DNA of 40,089 bases from Candidatus Cloacimonadota bacterium (GTDB taxonomy: Bacteria > Cloacimonadota > Cloacimonadia > JGIOTU-2): NCBI GenBank assembly GCA_011043895.1, contig DRBZ01000003.1:1-40089 (forward strand). The letters are read 5' to 3'. Positions 36,266 to 40,089 of this stretch are shown one piece after another. The notes under the pieces were generated by a model. It made no database searches. It saw nothing but the letters and a program-made list of their open reading frames with translations, and had not been told where the DNA came from. The stretch's first letter is position 1. Every line of letters starts with the position of its first letter. Position numbers and translations under genes: made by a program.

Positions 36266-37600
36266 TTATTTCTTTTGTTCCTTTTCCCTCAGCTTCTTCC
36301 ACCATTCTAGACGCTTCTTGATCTCTTTTTCAAAACCAAACTGTGTAGGAATATAATATGTCCGCTCCTTCATCTTTTCTGGGAAATAATTCTGATAGGA
36401 ATACGCCTGCTCAAACTCATGAGAATATTTGTAATCTTTACCGTACCCAAGATCCTTCATCAATTCTGTGGGTGCATTGCGGATATGGTATGGTACACCG
36501 AGATGACTTGTGTTTTTGGCGTCCTCGGCAGCTGCTTTGTAGGCAGTGTAGAGTTTGTTACTTTTTGGTGCAGTAGCCAGATATATCACAAGTTGAGCAA
36601 GAGCAGTGTTAGCTTCTGGCATACCGAGAAAGTGGATCGAATCTTTAACCGTCACAGCTTGAACCAGCGCTTGAGGATCAGCAAGCCCCACATCTTCTGA
36701 AGCAAAGCGGATAAGGCGGCGTACGATATATTTAGGATCTTCTCCGGCTTCCAACATTCGCGCAAGCCAGTACAATCCTGCCTGTGGATCACTTCCACGC
36801 AGGGATTTATGCAATGCAGAAATGATATTATAATGTTCCTCTCTATCTTTATCATAAAATAGATTGTTCTTCTCCAGAAGCTTCTTGATGCGTTCGACTG
36901 TGAGTTTTTCCTTCTGTTCTCCATACGCTTTAATAATAAGTTCGATAGAATTAAGTGCAACACGTGCATCACCACAAGCATAATCCGAAATAAAGTGAAG
37001 GATCTTTTTATCGAACATTTTACGATAATCCTGAATATCACTGCGGGGATTCTCGAAGCTTTTGGTTATGATAGTGTAAATATCTTCTTCATCAAGGGCT
37101 TCCAACACAATGACTTTGCAGCGGGAGAGCAGTGGGGCGATCACTTCAAAAGAGGGATTTTCAGTCGTTGCTCCGATCAAGATTATCACGCCCTTTTCCA
37201 CGAATGGGAGAAATGCATCCTGCTGTGCTTTGTTGAATCGATGGATCTCGTCAACAAACAAAATTGTCTTCTTATGAAAATTTCGCAGATTGAATTCTGC
37301 TTCTTTCATGGCTTCGCGAACTTCGGTAATCTTTGAGAGTACCGCACTGAAGAAGATGAAATGTGCGTTGGTGCGATTTGCAATAATTCTTGCAAGTGTT
37401 GTTTTGCCGGTGCCGGGAGGTCCCCAGAAGATAAGGGATGTGAGTTCATTATTCTCTATGATATTCCGAAGTATCGTGTCCTTCTCGAGTATCCTCTGCT
37501 GACCTACGAATTCATCAAGTGTTTGAGGACGCACCCGTTCTGCCAAAGGCATATCCCTGAAATCTATTGTTGTGTCTTTGGTAAAAAGTTCTTCATCCAT
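36266..37600 (-). CDS. rarA: Replication-associated recombination protein A (AAA+ ATPase)
   Basis: 444 aa. LAERVRPQTLDEFVGQ, Walker [10 protein letters not shown], Walker B LFVDEIHRFNK, GATTENPSFE, conserved MgsA C-terminal domain (HLGVPYHIRNAPT). Confidence 0.93.
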   Translation of the reverse strand: MDEELFTKDTTIDFRDMPLAERVRPQTLDEFVGQQRILEKDTILRNIIENNELTSLIFWGPPGTGKTTLARIIANRTNAHFIFFSAVLSKITEVREAMKEAEFNLRNFHKKTILFVDEIHRFNKAQQDAFLPFVEKGVIILIGATTENPSFEVIAPLLSRCKVIVLEALDEEDIYTIITKSFENPRSDIQDYRKMFDKKILHFISDYACGDARVALNSIELIIKAYGEQKEKLTVERIKKLLEKNNLFYDKDREEHYNIISALHKSLRGSDPQAGLYWLARMLEAGEDPKYIVRRLIRFASEDVGLADPQALVQAVTVKDSIHFLGMPEANTALAQLVIYLATAPKSNKLYTAYKAAAEDAKNTSHLGVPYHIRNAPTELMKDLGYGKDYKYSHEFEQAYSYQNYFPEKMKERTYYIPTQFGFEKEIKKRLEWWKKLREKEQKK

Positions 37601-38366
37601 GCTGCATTACTTTCTTGTAGAGGTAGTAGTTTCCCTGTGCGATACTAGTAAATTTGTATTGCTTAAAAAAATTTTCAAGGCCACCTGCAGGAATTACTGC
37701 AACCTCCTCATGTTCAAAATCATCATGTGCATGCTCGATCATAGTTTCTATCTTTTTTGCTGGAATAGATACTTTTGTGAAAAAAACTAATTCGGGTTTA
37801 TAATGACATGTATCTTTGATGAGTCCAAGGCACAAACATTCATCGATTTGTTCGCATGTTATTCCTGCTTCTTCATGAAGCTCCTTCTCAAGTACACTGA
37901 ATGCTGAATCCTCATCTTTGATACTCGATTCGATAGAAAATTGTCCCGCAATCAAATGCCAGAGCCCTTCTCCAAAGTAAATATTCTCGCTCCGTTTTAC
38001 AAAAATGAATTTGCCATTCGAACTCTGTAAAAATGTACTGAGTGCGATTGCGTTGGAGAGTGCTGCTTTGCCATACTTTTCAGCTAATTCGGGATGAAAG
38101 AAATTTGTACCCATCAATTCTTTAAAATTAGTGTTCGAAACAAATACCTCGAGGATATCCTCTTCGATGTTATAATCTTCGAGACGGTAAATTGGTCCAT
38201 TATAAAGGAGTTTGTTCTTGTGCTGTGCTTTTTTCATCTCCTCTTTCCAGTGAGATTCTATCAGTGCTTCTACCTCCCGGTCAAAAATAAGTGTTCTCTT
38301 AACAGGAATTACTCTAAGTTTATGAAGGGGAAAATATCCTGACGCAAGAACTTCAAAGGGTTTCAT
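37593..38366 (-). CDS. Nudix-hydrolase-like protein (divergent Nudix box)
   Basis: 257 aa. A Nudix-box-like stretch GQFSIESSIKDEDSAFSVLEKELHEEAGI has KE in place of RE and an enlarged loop. 8-nt overlap with the rarA start. Confidence 0.5.
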   Translation of the reverse strand: MKPFEVLASGYFPLHKLRVIPVKRTLIFDREVEALIESHWKEEMKKAQHKNKLLYNGPIYRLEDYNIEEDILEVFVSNTNFKELMGTNFFHPELAEKYGKAALSNAIALSTFLQSSNGKFIFVKRSENIYFGEGLWHLIAGQFSIESSIKDEDSAFSVLEKELHEEAGITCEQIDECLCLGLIKDTCHYKPELVFFTKVSIPAKKIETMIEHAHDDFEHEEVAVIPAGGLENFFKQYKFTSIAQGNYYLYKKVMQHG

Positions 38367-38404
38367 AAGTTATGATGGAAGATATGAAGGTTAATTATGT
38401 CAAA

Positions 38405-39838
38405 TTATAGATGCTGCCTACGAAGACGACTGGCTGGAATTCCCATCTGGTTTCGATATTTGGTAACGACCCGCAGTGATGCCTGAATATCCTTCTCAGC
38501 AAGCTTCTTTACGATCTTCTGATCACTCAAGGGTTTCTTCTTATTTTCTTCATCCACAATTTTCTGTATTTCCTGCTTGATCTGTTGAGAAGAGTATTCA
38601 CCCACTTTGCTGGTGAAGAACCATTTCATGAGAAACAAACCAATCGACGTTTCTATGTAGTAATTATTAACCACTCTGCAAATCGTAGAAACATCACGCT
38701 TTATTTCTTTTGCCACATCATCATACGTCATTGGCTTTAGAATTTTTTTTCCTTCGCGAAAGAAGGCAGGTTGTTGTTTGATAAGCTCGTTAGTAATTCG
38801 AAGGAGGGTTTCTCGACGCATCCAGAGAGCTTTCACATAATTTTCTGCAGCTACCAATTTTGAACGAATATACTTGAGAGCACTTTTCTTGTCCCGCGCC
38901 TGCTGCAGAAGACGTTGTGCATATTCCTTATTAATTGTAAGTTCGGGAATATTCATATCATTTACGATTATTTCAAGGTCACCATCAATCTCTTTTACGA
39001 TGATATCAGGTTTGATATAGGAAGAAGTCTTGTTAGTGATTCTACTTCCCGGTTTTGGGTCGAGATGACTGATGATATTTTTAATTGTAATAAGCTCTTC
39101 AAAGGTAATATTGTATTTACTACGAAGTTCTTCAAATTTCTGATTTTGTAAAATCTGTAGATCCTTCTCGATTATCGAAGTAATGACCGGATGCGAAGCA
39201 ATCTCCTCATCAAGCTGGGCAAGAAGGCATTCGGTTAGGTTCCGAGCCCCAATCCCGCGTGGGTATATCTTCATGATTGATGTATGTATTTCTTCTGCAC
39301 GTTCTGGGTCAATATCCTGTTCATCATATAATTCTTCAAGTTCTACATCAAGATAGCCATTGTCATCAAGACTGTTTAGTATTGTATCAGCAAATGCTAG
39401 TTCTACTTTGTTAAGACCAAGTTCATGAACCTGTTGCACAAAGTTATCCCATACATTTTCCTTTGCAGTTTCGAAATCAATGTTCTCATTCGAAGTAGTC
39501 CCTGAGCGATTGCTTCTCTCGTAATTGAATTGTGCATTTGTTACTTCATCAATATCATTAATGATCGTATTGATCTGTTTGATCTGGTCAGCCAGGTCAC
39601 CATCATCTTCCATATCCTGAAGTTCTTCGATCCCCTCGAAGTCTTCAATATCTTCCCTCTGGGAATCAGTATTAAGATCCTGCAGAAAGGGATTAATGCG
39701 AAGTTCTTTTTTCAGCACCATTTCCAGTTCGAGTACCGGCTTCTGCAGCAACTCAGCAGTAATAAGCATCTGGGGAGAAAGCTTAAGCTTTTGCTCCATA
39801 CGCTGTGAATTTTTCATTCCAATTTTTGTTTTCTGCAT
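38405..39838 (-). CDS. rpoN: RNA polymerase sigma-54 factor
   Basis: 477 aa. N-terminal QKLKLSPQMLITAELLQ (region I), acidic region II, C-terminal HTH and RpoN box (SLRVVTKYRNQMGIPAS). The start could be one of the internal Met codons at residues 8 or 14. Confidence 0.92.
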   Translation of the reverse strand: MQKTKIGMKNSQRMEQKLKLSPQMLITAELLQKPVLELEMVLKKELRINPFLQDLNTDSQREDIEDFEGIEELQDMEDDGDLADQIKQINTIINDIDEVTNAQFNYERSNRSGTTSNENIDFETAKENVWDNFVQQVHELGLNKVELAFADTILNSLDDNGYLDVELEELYDEQDIDPERAEEIHTSIMKIYPRGIGARNLTECLLAQLDEEIASHPVITSIIEKDLQILQNQKFEELRSKYNITFEELITIKNIISHLDPKPGSRITNKTSSYIKPDIIVKEIDGDLEIIVNDMNIPELTINKEYAQRLLQQARDKKSALKYIRSKLVAAENYVKALWMRRETLLRITNELIKQQPAFFREGKKILKPMTYDDVAKEIKRDVSTICRVVNNYYIETSIGLFLMKWFFTSKVGEYSSQQIKQEIQKIVDEENKKKPLSDQKIVKKLAEKDIQASLRVVTKYRNQMGIPASRLRRQHL

Positions 39839-40060
39839 GTTTCTTTATTAATAAACTTTTGTTGTGATGTCAATAAATAATTAACGGAAAATAATTATAC
39901 TTTTCTTTTACAGTTACTGCCAACTAACAAGCGGCCGACCCTTTATTCATGGGGTTTAAGGTTTGTGATTTCTCAAAACGTGGTGCCACAGAATTGGGTG
40001 AAATGACTTGACATAGATTTAATCAGGCAAATATCTGAGTGTCAAACATAGGAGATATCG

Positions 40061-40089
40061 ATGTTTGCACGGATAAAAAAATCAGGTAA
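40061..40089 (+). CDS. 5' end of an ORF running off the window (MFARIKKSG...); possibly a transposase N-terminus
   Basis: GGAG RBS 7 nt before the ATG. The nine visible residues resemble the M-F-x-R-x-K-K-S-G opening I associate with IS1634/IS4-like transposases. Far too short to be sure. Confidence 0.25.

Noticed and set aside
1-40089. CRISPR arrays, tRNA/rRNA/tmRNA genes, riboswitch leaders, sigma-54 promoters (TGGCAC-N5-TTGC)
   Set aside because: Scanning intergenic regions by eye found no regularly spaced direct repeats, no cloverleaf-like GTTCGAATC-type arms outside CDS, no long structured leaders, and no GG/GC element with correct spacing outside coding sequence. A by-eye scan is not exhaustive.

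Overview
About 40 kb of low-GC bacterial chromosome, mostly densely packed minus-strand housekeeping operons. Standard genetic code: TAA, TAG and TGA all end conserved genes at the expected length. The content suggests an anaerobic, amino-acid/2-oxoacid-fermenting organism, but I cannot place it taxonomically from sequence alone.

Recognisable blocks:
- zur-znuA-znuC-znuB metal uptake operon.
- Chain iorA-iorB-tilS / hpt-ftsH-hslV-hslU.
- era-holA-scpB-uppP-yibQ-like.
- Four-subunit 2-oxoacid:ferredoxin oxidoreductase operon (gamma-delta-alpha-beta).
- uppS-cdsA-dxr-comEC.
- Spy/CpxP-like periplasmic protein.
- rpoN-Nudix-like-rarA.
- Also a GAF-GGDEF cyclase, a REC-PAS-PAS regulator, a GNAT and a deoxynucleoside kinase.

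No rRNA, tRNA or CRISPR array was seen, and I did not find a clear novel multi-gene system.

What stands out:
1. High density of broken genes, five loci in 40 kb, with nonsense substitutions as well as indels. This includes the remnant of a split AhpF-type thioredoxin-reductase/glutaredoxin-like pair and two decayed DNA glycosylase genes.
2. A soft region at 17.2-22.7 kb containing those pseudogenes, two unrecognisable ORFs, and a mosaic family of short dispersed intergenic repeats.
3. A perfect 10-5-10 palindrome in the divergent promoter region of the oxidoreductase operon.
4. An orphan promoter-like element plus second intrinsic terminator between porB-like and comEC. It could be a small RNA carrying a CCUCC motif, or on the other strand a 34-codon ORF with a strong RBS.

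All family assignments come from motifs read by eye. No searches were run.
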